DNA of 64,000 nt from Candidatus Bathyarchaeia archaeon (GCA_038727135.1 JAVYWL010000001.1:128001-192000); one strand, 5' to 3'. Shown: positions 9,701 to 20,397, counted from the first letter of the stretch. Program-made: numbers and translations. Notes: generated by a model from the letters alone, not told the origin.

Positions 9701-10942
9701 TTACAATCTAATTCTCGGATCCAAATAGGCATATAACAAATCGATCAACAGGCTAACTATGGACACCAAAATCCCAAAGAAAACAACAGCCCCTTGAATA
9801 GCAGTGTAGTCTCTGAAGTTTATGCGTTCGACAATGTACCTTCCAAGACCAGGCCATGAAAAGGTGGTTTCCGTCAAAATTGCTCCGCCAAGGAGGGCTG
9901 CAAATTGTAGTCCCATCATGGTAAGTATTGGAAGGAAGGCATTTCTGAGGGCATAGCCGTAAATCACCGTGGTTTCTTTTAATCCTCTGGCTTTTGCCGC
10001 TGTGACAAAGTCAAGCCTAAGAGTTTCGAACATGTTACTCCTCGTCAGCCTAATGAAGACTCCAGAAAGAACCAAACCCAATGTTAGAGATGGTAGGATA
10101 AGGTATCGTAGGGCTTCAGCGAACTTGTAAAGGTTTCCTTCGAGCAAGCTGTCAATCGTGTATAAGCCAGTTGCTATGCGTAATTCGCCCTTGGAGATAA
10201 AGTACCAGCCTACCCAAGCCCACAGAATCCAAACTATTAAAAATATAGAAATAAGAGTTCCTAAGGTTTTTCTTGTAATTTTTTTGCCTTTTAATTTAAG
10301 TGCAACAAAGCATAAGATAGAGATTATCAAACCAGCTACACAAGACAAAATTAGGTGAGTGGCGAACCCTTCAGAAAGTTGAGAAAGCGGTATTTTTAAC
10401 CCTTCTGGCTCCATTGTTGGATATGTTCTTCCTCCCACTGGTAGCCAGCGCAAATTAACCGCGAAGATTATCTGGAATACCATGCCTAAGAAAAAAATGG
10501 GCATGGCATATGTGACTATTCCAAAAATTCTTATCGCGTGATCTTTTGGTTTATTGTAAGATTTTGACGCTTCCACTCCTAAAAATATGCCAATTAAAAC
10601 TGCAATGATCATGGAATAGATTGCGAGTTCTAATGTCGCAGGAAATGCGGAGAAAATTTGCTCAGCTACTGGGGAGAAGTCATGCATTGACTTGCCAAGA
10701 TCTCCCCTTAAAAGGCCAAGTAAATAGTCGAAATATTGAACCCATAGAGGCTTATCGAGCCCCAATTTTTGTCGCATTTCCTCTATTGCTTCTGGATGTT
10801 CTGCTTTCTCAAAGTGAAGTAAAACGGGGTCCCCGGGTAAAACTCGCATTATGACAAATACCATTGTAAGGAGTATCAATATCATTGGTATTGTAAGCAA
10901 TATTCGTGAAATTATGTAAGCGCGTAGTGTCATGTTGTCCAC
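9701..10942 (-). CDS. peptide ABC transporter permease (DppB/OppB) with extra internal TM segments
   Basis: LPGDP, LGLDKPL..QY, AKARGL, TFSWPGLG. Confidence 0.92.
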   Translation of the reverse strand: MDNMTLRAYIISRILLTIPMILILLTMVFVIMRVLPGDPVLLHFEKAEHPEAIEEMRQKLGLDKPLWVQYFDYLLGLLRGDLGKSMHDFSPVAEQIFSAFPATLELAIYSMIIAVLIGIFLGVEASKSYNKPKDHAIRIFGIVTYAMPIFFLGMVFQIIFAVNLRWLPVGGRTYPTMEPEGLKIPLSQLSEGFATHLILSCVAGLIISILCFVALKLKGKKITRKTLGTLISIFLIVWILWAWVGWYFISKGELRIATGLYTIDSLLEGNLYKFAEALRYLILPSLTLGLVLSGVFIRLTRSNMFETLRLDFVTAAKARGLKETTVIYGYALRNAFLPILTMMGLQFAALLGGAILTETTFSWPGLGRYIVERINFRDYTAIQGAVVFFGILVSIVSLLIDLLYAYLDPRIRL

Positions 10943-10985
10943 ATCAATAATGCATAAAAAGAAGGGAGAAATTAAAGTTTGTTTA

Positions 10986-12623
10986 TTACTCTTCTTTGTA
11001 CACTAGCCAGTGGCGCCAAGACTGTGTTATGTCCAAGTAGACTCCCTTAATGTTTGTCTTTGTAACAGCCCAAGCTGAACCTTGGTAAATCGGTATTATC
11101 GGGCAGTCCTCCACCATGAGTTCTTGAATTTCCTCATAAAGTTGTTCTCTTATGGACGCTGTTGTGTTGCCCCTCGCCCATTCAATGAGCTGATCCATAT
11201 GGGTATTGTTATAGTTATGGTGAAGCCACGATCCGCCGGAAGAATGGAGGAATGGATAGATGTAGTCGTCAGGGTCTATGTAGTCTGGATACCAGCCTAG
11301 GATATAGGCTTCCATTTCTTCATTTATTCGTTTCGTCCTGTATGCCGCCCAATCAACCCCTTGAAGGTTTACTGATATTACTCCACTAGCTTCTAAGGAA
11401 GCCTTTAGCATCTGGGCGAGTTCTGGACTTTGTGGATAGTGTCCGGAAGTTTCGTACCACAATGTGAATGTCAGTTTATTTTCTTCATTATATCCTAATG
11501 GAGCCAGCAGTTGCCGCGTTAGCGTATAGTTTGGATCGCCAAGCGTTAGAAAGGCATCTCTATGTCCGAACATGCCTATAGGTATCATACTGTATAATTT
11601 TTGAACTTGCCCAAGGAAAACCGTGTTAACAATAGCTGTTCTGTTGATAGCGGCAGCAACAGCTTGCCTTATTATCGGGTTATCGAAGGGCGGATATTTT
11701 TCTTGTAAAACAAGATATTGGATGAAAGCTCCTGTTCCTTCCCAAACCTTCAAGTGAGTTTTCGTTTTAAGGTTGTTTATATCCGTAGCTGAAAGCTGTC
11801 TGAAGGCAATGTCGATTTCCCCAGCATCAATAGCTAAAGCGAGACTTGCAGAATCCGAATAGAACTTAATAACAATTTTCTGAGTCTTCGGATAACCTCC
11901 GGACGCATTCCAGTAGTTAGGGTTAGCTTCAAGCACCATCTCTTCGTCTCTGCCAGCAGTTCTAGTCCATTTTGTCAGTCTGTAGGGGCCTAAGCCCATC
12001 GGGTGACTGCCACGGGCATCCCCAGCCTTATATTCAACAACCTGATCCGGTGGAGCATATTTTGGATCAACAATGTATGAGGCTTGACAAGCCAGAAGCG
12101 ATAGAAACGCAGAAAATGGAATCTTCAGGTAAAACTTTACAACATACTTGCTGACTACGGTAACGTTTTCAATAATGTCGCTATACCCGATGCCAACGAA
12201 AGGCCCTTCCGGATCAGCTATGCCTATGCCTCTGTCAAACGTGTATTTGACGTGGGTTGCATTAAACTCTGTGCCGTCGTCAAACTTGACGCCCTGCCTC
12301 AAGTTGAAAGTCCAAACTAACCCATCCTCAGAAACGCTCCAACTAGTCGCCAGCGCAGGAACAATATCCTCAGCAGCACCAGTAGCGCCCGGACGATACT
12401 CCACCAACCCAGCGCCCAAAGCCTGAATTATCTCCCAGCCAAAATAGTCATACGCCCTTGCAGGATCAAGACAAGACTCAACAGTGTCAGTCGTCCCCAT
12501 AATCAAAACACTTTCCTTCTTAGCCGGCTGCATCAAAAGGTAACCCAAAACAGCCGCCACAACTATTATGACTATCACTATACCCACAATAGCAATTCTA
12601 CTAACAGCCCTAATTCCCCTCAT
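10986..12623 (-). CDS. peptide ABC transporter substrate-binding protein (family 5), N-terminal membrane anchor
   Basis: LATSWSVSEDGLVWTFNLRQGVKFDDG family-5 signature; short basic leader plus hydrophobic helix. Confidence 0.93.
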   Translation of the reverse strand: MRGIRAVSRIAIVGIVIVIIVVAAVLGYLLMQPAKKESVLIMGTTDTVESCLDPARAYDYFGWEIIQALGAGLVEYRPGATGAAEDIVPALATSWSVSEDGLVWTFNLRQGVKFDDGTEFNATHVKYTFDRGIGIADPEGPFVGIGYSDIIENVTVVSKYVVKFYLKIPFSAFLSLLACQASYIVDPKYAPPDQVVEYKAGDARGSHPMGLGPYRLTKWTRTAGRDEEMVLEANPNYWNASGGYPKTQKIVIKFYSDSASLALAIDAGEIDIAFRQLSATDINNLKTKTHLKVWEGTGAFIQYLVLQEKYPPFDNPIIRQAVAAAINRTAIVNTVFLGQVQKLYSMIPIGMFGHRDAFLTLGDPNYTLTRQLLAPLGYNEENKLTFTLWYETSGHYPQSPELAQMLKASLEASGVISVNLQGVDWAAYRTKRINEEMEAYILGWYPDYIDPDDYIYPFLHSSGGSWLHHNYNNTHMDQLIEWARGNTTASIREQLYEEIQELMVEDCPIIPIYQGSAWAVTKTNIKGVYLDITQSWRHWLVYKEE

Positions 12624-12765
12624 CTATTCCACCGCAAACTTATGATTAGAACAGCATACATATAAAAAATTTTAGTTCCTAACAAAAACACAAAGACCAC
12701 ACCATCTAGCAACTGTAAAAGCAGAAAAGAAAAAGGTTATAGAAATGTTCAGACATGAAAAACTT

Positions 12766-12844
12766 GGGCCCGTAGTCTAGTATGGATTAGGACGCTGGCC
12801 TGCGGAGCCGGAGATCCTGGGTTCAAATCCCAGCGGGCCCGCCA
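12766..12844 (+). tRNA. tRNA-Arg(GCG), CCA encoded
   Basis: GGGCCCG...CGGGCCC acceptor stem, anticodon arm ctggc-ctGCGga-gccgg, T loop gttcaaatc, ends gCCA. Confidence 0.95.
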
Positions 12845-12929
12845 AAATGTTGTAGTGTGCCATAACATTTTGATAGGGAAGTTTGATTTTAGAAAAAGGA
12901 GGTTGAGTTTTGGAGGTTTTTGGTGATCA

Positions 12930-13250
12930 GCGGAGTATTCCATCGAGCCCTTCAAGGCGTTCTAGTTTGTCGAGTATGCACCGTTTTGGCAGTGGTAGGG
13001 TTCTGCTTTGAAATTGTAGTCTACCCATCCTTTGCGCATTGTTGGACTTATAACTGGTATTGTGTAGTTTGGTTTTTGGTGGGTGATATGTCAACATCTG
13101 TCTCTGTTTTGTCGCAGAGGCACATGTGAAGGGTATGTATAGGGTCATTCCGTCTATTATGTAGGCGTAGACTATTGTTACTTGGAAGTCTGCTTCTGGG
13201 TAGACTGGTGTCAGGGTTAGTTTTACTCCGCTTACGCTCGCTATACGTTA
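12930..13250 (-). pseudogene. frameshifted fragment resembling the C-terminus of a secreted peptidase paralog
   Basis: Pieces in different minus frames (LTPVYPEADFQVTIVYAY / LCDKTE / ISPTMRKGWVDYNFKAE) loosely parallel the neighbour's C-terminus (ENDFKVNFI...LSDETE); no N-terminus. Confidence 0.35.
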
Positions 13251-13253
13251 CAT

Positions 13254-13296
13254 TTTACAAGTTGTTGAAAATGAAAAGTTTTTAACAACTTGTAAA
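13254..13296. repeat. inverted repeat / hairpin (possible terminator of the peptidase gene)
   Basis: tttacaagttgtt (13254-13266) is the exact reverse complement of aacaacttgtaaa (13284-13296); the stem extends inward with one G-T pair. Confidence 0.75.
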
Positions 13297-13337
13297 CACA
13301 AATAAAAAAGGAGGATTTTGTTTGGAAAGTTTGTTTG

Positions 13338-15599
13338 CTAGTGTAGCCAGTAGTGGATGAGCCAGAAAGGTGCTTCATCTACTATGAAGTAGAATTCTGT
13401 GTAGAATGAGTGTTCGTAGCCTGGTTGGCTTGCGGCAATCATGACGGCTGGACCGCTAAAGGTTTTGGCTGTGTTAACGACTCTTAATAGTTCCCAGCCA
13501 TCTTCAGTTTCATCGCTGAGTTGCACTGGGCTTATTTTGTATCTAACTTTTAATCCGAAGGGTTGTATCGTGTATAGGGATTCGATGAAGTTTACTTTGA
13601 AGTCGTTTTCTACTACGCCTGTTGTTATGTGCCATCCGGCTGTTGCTGTCCATCCATCTGTGCCAGCTTCAACATCGTCGTAGAAGCCTATTTCGGGGAT
13701 TTCTATATCGTCTATGTACCATCCTAGCCATAGTGTATAGCCGTCAGTCCAGTATGTGAAGTATAGTTCGATTGTGTGGCCTGCGAAGGGTGTTAGGTCC
13801 ATTACTTCTTGGTACCAGCCGCCGCTGCTTCCTGTGAAGGCGTTCCACTTTCCTGCATTATAATATGCGAATGGTTCGAATTCGTCTGGGCAGTTGGGGT
13901 TGTCTTGTGGGTTTGGTAGTGTTGAGGTTGTCCCTATTCCTGGCAGCGTGTACCATTCGCCTGTTGTTAGGTCGTGGACTTCAACGTAGCCGTAGTCCCA
14001 GTCCTCTTCGATTTCGTAGCATGTCCAGAATTTGAGGGTTGCGCCTGTTTCTGGTATTGTGAAGGTTTGGCCTAGTCTGAACCATGACCATGCTGTTCCA
14101 TCTGAATGCCATTCATATGAGCCGCTGTGTGGAAATACGCCAGCGTAATCGTCGCCATCGAAGTATACTTTCAGTTCTGGTTCGCCATCGTATAGCTCCC
14201 AGTACCAGACGATGTATGGTAGGCGTTCTGGTAGTATCCATCCTGTTGGATATGCTTCGTCATAGCATCCCCAATATGATATTGCATATGGTATGCTCCA
14301 GCCTCGTGTTGCGGCTGTTCCGAAGTCTAAGCCGTAATAGCCGTAGACTCCTTTTGCGAAGGTTGTGTCGTCTAGGTAATTTGCAATTGCCCATTCTTGG
14401 AAGACTTGGTCGAAGTCCTTCTTTATTCCACGGGCTTTGAAGACGTTGTTGTAGCCTTCTATTCCGTTTGCTTGTTCGTGGACTATGTCCCATATAAATT
14501 CTCTTCCATAATGCTCATAGATATAGTATGTCCAGAGGGCGACTGCGCCGTAGTTTGATAGGGTTCCTTCCCATACTACGAGGGATGTGTCCCAGAAGTA
14601 GGCTAGGTAGTACATTATGTGACCTGATGGGAAGCCGTATCCACATATTGTTTGGGCTAATTCTGAGCAGCCCTCATTAACCCATGAGTATTCGTCTGGG
14701 TCTATGTCGCGGTGTATTAAGTGCTGGAACTCATGGGCGAATGTGCCTTCATACTCGTATGGCATGCATGCTGTTGGCGGATACGGCGGATATACGTAGT
14801 ATTCTGGTCTACCGCCATCCGGGCTTGGTCCTTGCCTTCTGAACCACTGGTACGTGTCAATGTGAATTATGTTTGCATTGTAAAGATTGCTTACATAAGA
14901 CCAGAAGTAGCCTTCAATGAACCATGGAGCATTAACTGGGTCCCAGAACAATCCATCACGGATGTTGAATATCAGTATTTGTATCTTATAGTCATCCAGC
15001 GGGCCTGGTCTGTCTTTATACATGCCGAAGAATGACGTGTCCTTTTCCCATATGTTTTCGTCGAACTCGTGCATTATCTGGATTAGTTGGCTTCCAAAAA
15101 TGTAGTCACGATAGCCTGGTTTAAGGCGCCAAGCTCCCCAGAATGCACCGCCAAGATAGCTCCATGGATAGGCGAAATAGAATACGTCATCTTCAATTTC
15201 TGGCGTTCCTTTAGTATCCCATTCGTCTTTGTAGCCGCCAGTCCAAACATCCGGGGCTAATCCAACCCATATGTTGCAGTGTTCGCCACTTAGCACAAGC
15301 TCAAAGTCCAGATAATACCATGTGCCGTAATAATCGTCTATAACTGCAACCCTCCACGGTGAATGTGGCGTAAGCTCAGGTACGACGCCTTCAGCCACCG
15401 CAAACTCTAGGAATGAAGATGCGTCAAGTCCCGGAATCTCCTCAGGATCTGAGGGGCGACTTATCTTAGGATGTGTTATGCCCTTAATGGCTCCATCTAT
15501 CCTCGGTCCACTTGCAGTTTCCGAAGCAGAGACGCTATTTAATGGCACCATAGAAGCCAAAAGCACCAAAGCGAAGACTAAAGCCAATAACTTCTTCAT
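13338..15599 (-). CDS. secreted zinc metallopeptidase (M30/immune inhibitor A-like) with C-terminal beta-sandwich domain
   Basis: Signal peptide MKKLLALVFALVLLAS, AHEFQHLIH (HEXXH), downstream W.NEG, InhA-like YEIEEDWDYGYVEV and GWYIDDI. Confidence 0.85.
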   Translation of the reverse strand: MKKLLALVFALVLLASMVPLNSVSASETASGPRIDGAIKGITHPKISRPSDPEEIPGLDASSFLEFAVAEGVVPELTPHSPWRVAVIDDYYGTWYYLDFELVLSGEHCNIWVGLAPDVWTGGYKDEWDTKGTPEIEDDVFYFAYPWSYLGGAFWGAWRLKPGYRDYIFGSQLIQIMHEFDENIWEKDTSFFGMYKDRPGPLDDYKIQILIFNIRDGLFWDPVNAPWFIEGYFWSYVSNLYNANIIHIDTYQWFRRQGPSPDGGRPEYYVYPPYPPTACMPYEYEGTFAHEFQHLIHRDIDPDEYSWVNEGCSELAQTICGYGFPSGHIMYYLAYFWDTSLVVWEGTLSNYGAVALWTYYIYEHYGREFIWDIVHEQANGIEGYNNVFKARGIKKDFDQVFQEWAIANYLDDTTFAKGVYGYYGLDFGTAATRGWSIPYAISYWGCYDEAYPTGWILPERLPYIVWYWELYDGEPELKVYFDGDDYAGVFPHSGSYEWHSDGTAWSWFRLGQTFTIPETGATLKFWTCYEIEEDWDYGYVEVHDLTTGEWYTLPGIGTTSTLPNPQDNPNCPDEFEPFAYYNAGKWNAFTGSSGGWYQEVMDLTPFAGHTIELYFTYWTDGYTLWLGWYIDDIEIPEIGFYDDVEAGTDGWTATAGWHITTGVVENDFKVNFIESLYTIQPFGLKVRYKISPVQLSDETEDGWELLRVVNTAKTFSGPAVMIAASQPGYEHSFYTEFYFIVDEAPFWLIHYWLH

Positions 15600-15679
15600 T
15601 TTCTCCTCTCTCCTTCCTTTCGCCTTTTAGGCATTATAAAATGTACGAAATGCAAATATGAAGTTTACGGAAACATCTT

Positions 15680-16039
15680 CTATGGCCACAACACGTCACT
15701 AAAAATGATCCTCTCTTTAATCATGACAAACAATAAAATGCGATTTCCCTTTAAACTGACAATATCAGAACATCCACAGTCACCCAAAGGCGGCGCATCA
15801 TCGCCAAAAGAACCACTAGAATAGTCAATAGGGAACCTATGCTTAAAACGAAAAGTAGGCATTGTTAAGTTAGGCCAGAAATCATCCAAAGGCTGAATGT
15901 TATTAACACAATCACGCCTAACAACATTGCTGGAACAATCATCCATAATTAACATAACAGCCTTTGCATCCTCAATCCAGACAACTAAACCTAACAGAAT
16001 AGACACGGCAATGATTCCTATGGCAAACTTTCCTCTCAT
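15680..16039 (-). CDS. hypothetical protein with N-terminal hydrophobic segment
   Basis: 119-aa ORF with a signal-like N-terminus; no recognised motif. Confidence 0.35.
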   Translation of the reverse strand: MRGKFAIGIIAVSILLGLVVWIEDAKAVMLIMDDCSSNVVRRDCVNNIQPLDDFWPNLTMPTFRFKHRFPIDYSSGSFGDDAPPLGDCGCSDIVSLKGNRILLFVMIKERIIFSDVLWP

Positions 16040-16208
16040 ATTTCTTAACTAAAATTTTTCCAGTTTATTAGACTTTTATAATTTCTGGAAAAATCTTCTA
16101 TAAATGAAACTACCTCAGCGAAAAGTGCACTACTTAAAAACTATAGTTAGCTTCCACAGAAATCAATAAATCCGCAGAGCGTTCAGTTTAATAGAAAGGT
16201 GAAAATTA

Positions 16209-16880
16209 TTGGCTATATCAAAGGAGCAACTAGCAAAAATGATAGATTCTACTCTTGTGAAGGCTACAGCAACCAAAACAGAGGTTGAAAAATTATGCTC
16301 TGAAGCAGTCCAATACGAGTTTGGATGTGTTGTTGTAAACCCAACATACGTGAAGCTGGCAGCATCACTTCTCGAAGGCACAGGCATTAAAGTTTGCTCA
16401 ACAGTAGGTTTTCCGTTCGGCGTCACCTTACCAGAAGTTAAAGCCTTAGAAGCCATAAAAGCCATCGAAGACGGAGCATGCGAACTCGACATGGTCGTTA
16501 ATTTGGGCGCATTAAAATCAAGAGACTACGAACTTGTTAGACAGGATATAAGGGCCGTTGTCGACGTCAAACGCTTGTTCAAGGACATAATAGTTAAAGT
16601 GATTATTGAAACGCCGCTGTTAACTACCGAGGAAAAGATAGCCGCTTGCAAGTTAGTTAAGGAGGCTGGAGCAGACTTTGTTAAGACCTCGACTGGCTTG
16701 TTTGGTGGAGGAGCTACGGTTGAAGATGTTAGGCTCATGCGTCAAATTGTTGGGAAAGACATGGGCGTGAAGGCTGCGGGCGGCATCAGATCCTATGCTG
16801 ATGCACTAGCTATGATAGAGGCTGGAGCCAACCGCATAGGAACAAGCACAGCAAAAGCCATAATCCAAGAAGCACCCTAA
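16209..16880 (+). CDS. deoC: deoxyribose-phosphate aldolase
   Basis: VGFPFG, ELDMVVN, DFVKTSTG (Schiff-base Lys), GVKAAGGIR, RIGTS. Confidence 0.96.
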   Translation: MAISKEQLAKMIDSTLVKATATKTEVEKLCSEAVQYEFGCVVVNPTYVKLAASLLEGTGIKVCSTVGFPFGVTLPEVKALEAIKAIEDGACELDMVVNLGALKSRDYELVRQDIRAVVDVKRLFKDIIVKVIIETPLLTTEEKIAACKLVKEAGADFVKTSTGLFGGGATVEDVRLMRQIVGKDMGVKAAGGIRSYADALAMIEAGANRIGTSTAKAIIQEAP

Positions 16881-16884
16881 AAGG

Positions 16885-18831
16885 CTACATTCTTTCTGGC
16901 GCATGTATGCCAATAAGATTTAGGGCATTCCTTAAGACAATTCTGACAGCATCAACTAAGGCAAGCCTTGCATCGCTGAGTTCCGGCGGCTCAGCCCTAA
17001 TTACTGGAAAAGCGTTGTAAAAAGTGTTAAACTTGTCGGCTAAAGCGTTGGCGTAATCGGCTATCATATTAGGCTTGAGAAGGTCCGCTGCTTCGATGAA
17101 GACTTCTGGAAACTCAGCTAGGGTAAAGACAATCTCATTTTCAAGTTTCTCCCTTAATAAGCCATAGTCTGGTTTTTCCGGCTTTCTCGAAGCTTTACGC
17201 AGTATGCTGCAAGCCCTAGCATGAGTGTACTGAATGTATGGGGCGCTGTTCCGCTCAAAGTTTATCACGCGTTCCCAGCTGAACTCAACGGGCTTTGATG
17301 GGTCAACCTCCACCAGCGCATAGCGGACAGCACCTATTCCCACAAACTCTGCAACTTTACGCTTCTCCTCTTCTGGCAGCTGGGGCGAACGCTTAGCAAC
17401 TTCCTCATACGCCCTATTAACCGCTTCGTCCATAACCTCGTCCAATGTTATGTAACGTCCCCTACGACTAGACATTTTATATCCGGGCAAGGTCACGAGG
17501 TTGTAAGCAAAATGCGTCAAGTTTTCAGCCTGTTTATCATAGCCTAAAGCGTATAAGGCTATTTTCAGCTGCATCTGCGCCAGAGACTGCTCCATCCCAA
17601 TAACATTAATGCACTTTTCAGCTCTCTCAAACTTCCATAAGGTGTAAGCTATATCCCTAGTCGTATACAATGTTGTGCCATCAGCCCTCACCAGAGTCAA
17701 GGAGGGAACAACATAATCCCTTCTTAAGCCCAGCTTATCCCTGAGGTTAAGGTCTTCAACAACCTTGTCAGCCTCAAACTCCAAAACATCGCCCAAGAAA
17801 GAAACGTAAGGCGTCTGCTTCAACCTTTGGAGAACTTCTGCCACAAGCCCGCTCCAAACAAGGTCGCTTTCCCAATCCCAAGAATCATAAAAGACCCCGG
17901 CACGACTTAGCGTTTCCTTAAAACCTTCCAAGCAGAGTTGACTAACCTCCCTAATAAGCCGCCTAGCCTTCACATCCCCAGCCTCATAAGCCCTATTCAA
18001 CTCACCAACAATCTTTTCAGGGTCTTCATCTTCACCTATTTTCTGAAGCAGCTTTTCAAAAAGCTCAGGATATTTGCTCCTCAGCTCGAAGGCAACAGAC
18101 ATCCAGTCATCCAGTTCCCTATTAATCTTCATAATTTCGTCTTCGGCTGAAACAGCCTTAGCACGCTCAAGCTCCCTTTTAAGGCGGTTAATCTCCACAA
18201 GGCAGCTTGTTATGGTGTAAATCTTACCAATGAAATGGTCAGGCTTCTCTGGGGGCTTTGGTCTTCCAAGCTTCTCATAGCCGTAGGCGATTACGGCTGT
18301 CTGCCTCCCAACATCATCCACATAATAATGACGTGCAACCACATGCCCCCTAGCCGAAAGCAAACGGGCAATGGCGTCGCCGAGCATTGGATTTCTTGCT
18401 TGCCCAATATGTATTGGGTGAAGCGGATTAACACTTGTATGCTCAACAATAACTTTCGAGGGTTTCTCAACTTTCACAAACCCATAAGCTTCATTTAAAC
18501 GTCTAACAGACTCTATAGTTAGTTCAGAAAATTTCGCAAAATTTACATGAAAATTTATGTAGCCCCCACCAGCTGCGGTAACGTTGCCTACCAATGAAAA
18601 CTTTGACTTGTCCATGGCGCTTATGAGGCATTCAGCGAGAACCAGCGGCTTTTCGCCGGTCTGTTTAGCAAGTTCGAAACAAACGGATGAAGCCAGCTGC
18701 CCAAACTCCCAAACTGGAGGCTTCTCAAAAACCAATTTAGGCGGCATTTCAAGTGAAAGCTTTTGGATAGCACCGCATAACGCGGATTCGCATTCCCTCT
18801 TTAACTCTGCAAGGGGGTTCTCTGAAACCAT
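16885..18831 (-). CDS. argS: arginyl-tRNA synthetase
   Basis: EHTSVNPLHPIHIGQARN, DGTTLYTTRDIAY, KMSSRRG, APYIQYTHARACSIL. Confidence 0.96.
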   Translation of the reverse strand: MVSENPLAELKRECESALCGAIQKLSLEMPPKLVFEKPPVWEFGQLASSVCFELAKQTGEKPLVLAECLISAMDKSKFSLVGNVTAAGGGYINFHVNFAKFSELTIESVRRLNEAYGFVKVEKPSKVIVEHTSVNPLHPIHIGQARNPMLGDAIARLLSARGHVVARHYYVDDVGRQTAVIAYGYEKLGRPKPPEKPDHFIGKIYTITSCLVEINRLKRELERAKAVSAEDEIMKINRELDDWMSVAFELRSKYPELFEKLLQKIGEDEDPEKIVGELNRAYEAGDVKARRLIREVSQLCLEGFKETLSRAGVFYDSWDWESDLVWSGLVAEVLQRLKQTPYVSFLGDVLEFEADKVVEDLNLRDKLGLRRDYVVPSLTLVRADGTTLYTTRDIAYTLWKFERAEKCINVIGMEQSLAQMQLKIALYALGYDKQAENLTHFAYNLVTLPGYKMSSRRGRYITLDEVMDEAVNRAYEEVAKRSPQLPEEEKRKVAEFVGIGAVRYALVEVDPSKPVEFSWERVINFERNSAPYIQYTHARACSILRKASRKPEKPDYGLLREKLENEIVFTLAEFPEVFIEAADLLKPNMIADYANALADKFNTFYNAFPVIRAEPPELSDARLALVDAVRIVLRNALNLIGIHAPERM

Positions 18832-18923
18832 GAAATTTTCGCCTTTCACCTTTAACAGTAAATGTGAACACTAATATATGAAACTAGCCAATTTAAGCTA
18901 AAAGCGTAAAACGGCTGGTACAA

Positions 18924-19763
18924 ATGAGAACAAAGATAATTTTTTCGGAAAAGTGTTTGGAGTATGGATCGTGGCACATTGAAAGCCCCCAAAGGGTTAG
19001 AAAAGCCTACGAAATCCTAAAAGAACGGGGCTACGAGTTTGTTACGCCAGAACCAGCCAAGGAAGAAGACCTACTAAAAGTCCACGACCCAGACTACATT
19101 GAACTGCTCAAAAGAGGAGCCATAGAAGACCCAGACACACCAGCCTACGAGAACATATATGAATACGCGAGGCTTTCAGCTGGAGCAGCAATCCTAGCAG
19201 CAAAAATTCAAGGGTTCTCACTTATGAGGCCGCCGGGGCATCACGCCGGCAAGTACGGCGTTGCATTAGGCGCTTATACAAAGGGCTTCTGCTACATAAA
19301 CAACATCGCTGTAGCCGTAAAGCATCTAGATAAACCGACATTAATCTTGGATATTGACGGGCACCATGGAAACGGAACACAAGAAATCTTCCAAGGAGAC
19401 CCAAAAGTTGTTTACGTTTCACTGCATAGGCATCCCCACTATCCAGGCACGGGCTATTATTCGGAGGCTAATTGCTTAAACTATCCACTGCCAGCAGACT
19501 GCGGCGAGGAAGCCTACTTAAAAACCCTCCAAGAAGCTTTAAAAAAGGTTGACATGCAAAGAGTCGAAGTGATAGCTGTTTCAGCAGGTTTTGACGCTTA
19601 CTCTGGAGACTTGGCTTCTCTTGGATTAACTGAAAGAACCTATTATAAGATTGGGAAAACGCTTGCAGCTTTGCAGAAGCCCACATTCTTTATCCTGGAA
19701 GGCGGATACAAGGGCGAAAATGTCGGAAAAGCCATTGACGCACTTCTAAGAGGCTTCGGATAA
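18924..19763 (+). CDS. histone deacetylase family (acetoin utilisation/acetylpolyamine deacetylase-like)
   Basis: RPPGHHA, GFC, DIDGHHGNGT, SAGFDA, LEGGY. Confidence 0.93.
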   Translation: MRTKIIFSEKCLEYGSWHIESPQRVRKAYEILKERGYEFVTPEPAKEEDLLKVHDPDYIELLKRGAIEDPDTPAYENIYEYARLSAGAAILAAKIQGFSLMRPPGHHAGKYGVALGAYTKGFCYINNIAVAVKHLDKPTLILDIDGHHGNGTQEIFQGDPKVVYVSLHRHPHYPGTGYYSEANCLNYPLPADCGEEAYLKTLQEALKKVDMQRVEVIAVSAGFDAYSGDLASLGLTERTYYKIGKTLAALQKPTFFILEGGYKGENVGKAIDALLRGFG

Positions 19764-19813
19764 GGACAAATTTAATCCTAAAGCTTATGAACCCTTAGGG
19801 CTCATTTAGGGTT

Positions 19814-20371
19814 ATGAAACAAGTAAACAAAGTGGCTGGCGCCCTAATATTTGTTGGAGCAACCCAATTCATCTTATGTATGCTGATCGCTGAATGCCTT
19901 TACTCTGGCTATAGTATCTCTGGAAATTACATAAGCGACCTTGGAAAACTTGGTGTAGTCTCCGCACCCATTTTCAATGCTTCAGTTTTTGTGCTTGGCT
20001 TAACCGTTGTGGCTGGCGCCTACTTTCTGAAGAAAACAATTGCCAATAAGGTCTTTCTATGCCTTCTAATTTTATGTGGAGTTGGCGCCATGGGTGTTGG
20101 AGTATTCCCAGAAGACTTCGGCCCAATACACCTCACACTCTCGTTAATAGCATTTCTTTTCGGAGCCTTATCAGCAATAGCCTCCTACAAGTTCCAAAAA
20201 GCTCCATTATCCCACTTCGCCGTTGTTTTGGGCGTAATCTCGCTGGTGGCGCTCATACTCTTTGGACTGAAAATTGACCTTGGCTTGGGTGTTGGCGGAA
20301 TGGAGCGCATGATAGCCTATCCAATTCTTTTATGGGCAATAGGGTTCGGCGGATACCTAATAAAAGAATAA
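19814..20371 (+). CDS. DUF998-like membrane protein
   Basis: YSISGNYISDLG, GVGVFP, GGMER motifs; about 5 TM helices. Confidence 0.8.
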   Translation: MKQVNKVAGALIFVGATQFILCMLIAECLYSGYSISGNYISDLGKLGVVSAPIFNASVFVLGLTVVAGAYFLKKTIANKVFLCLLILCGVGAMGVGVFPEDFGPIHLTLSLIAFLFGALSAIASYKFQKAPLSHFAVVLGVISLVALILFGLKIDLGLGVGGMERMIAYPILLWAIGFGGYLIKE

Positions 20372-20397
20372 GAGCACAACAGTTTGATATGGACGCT

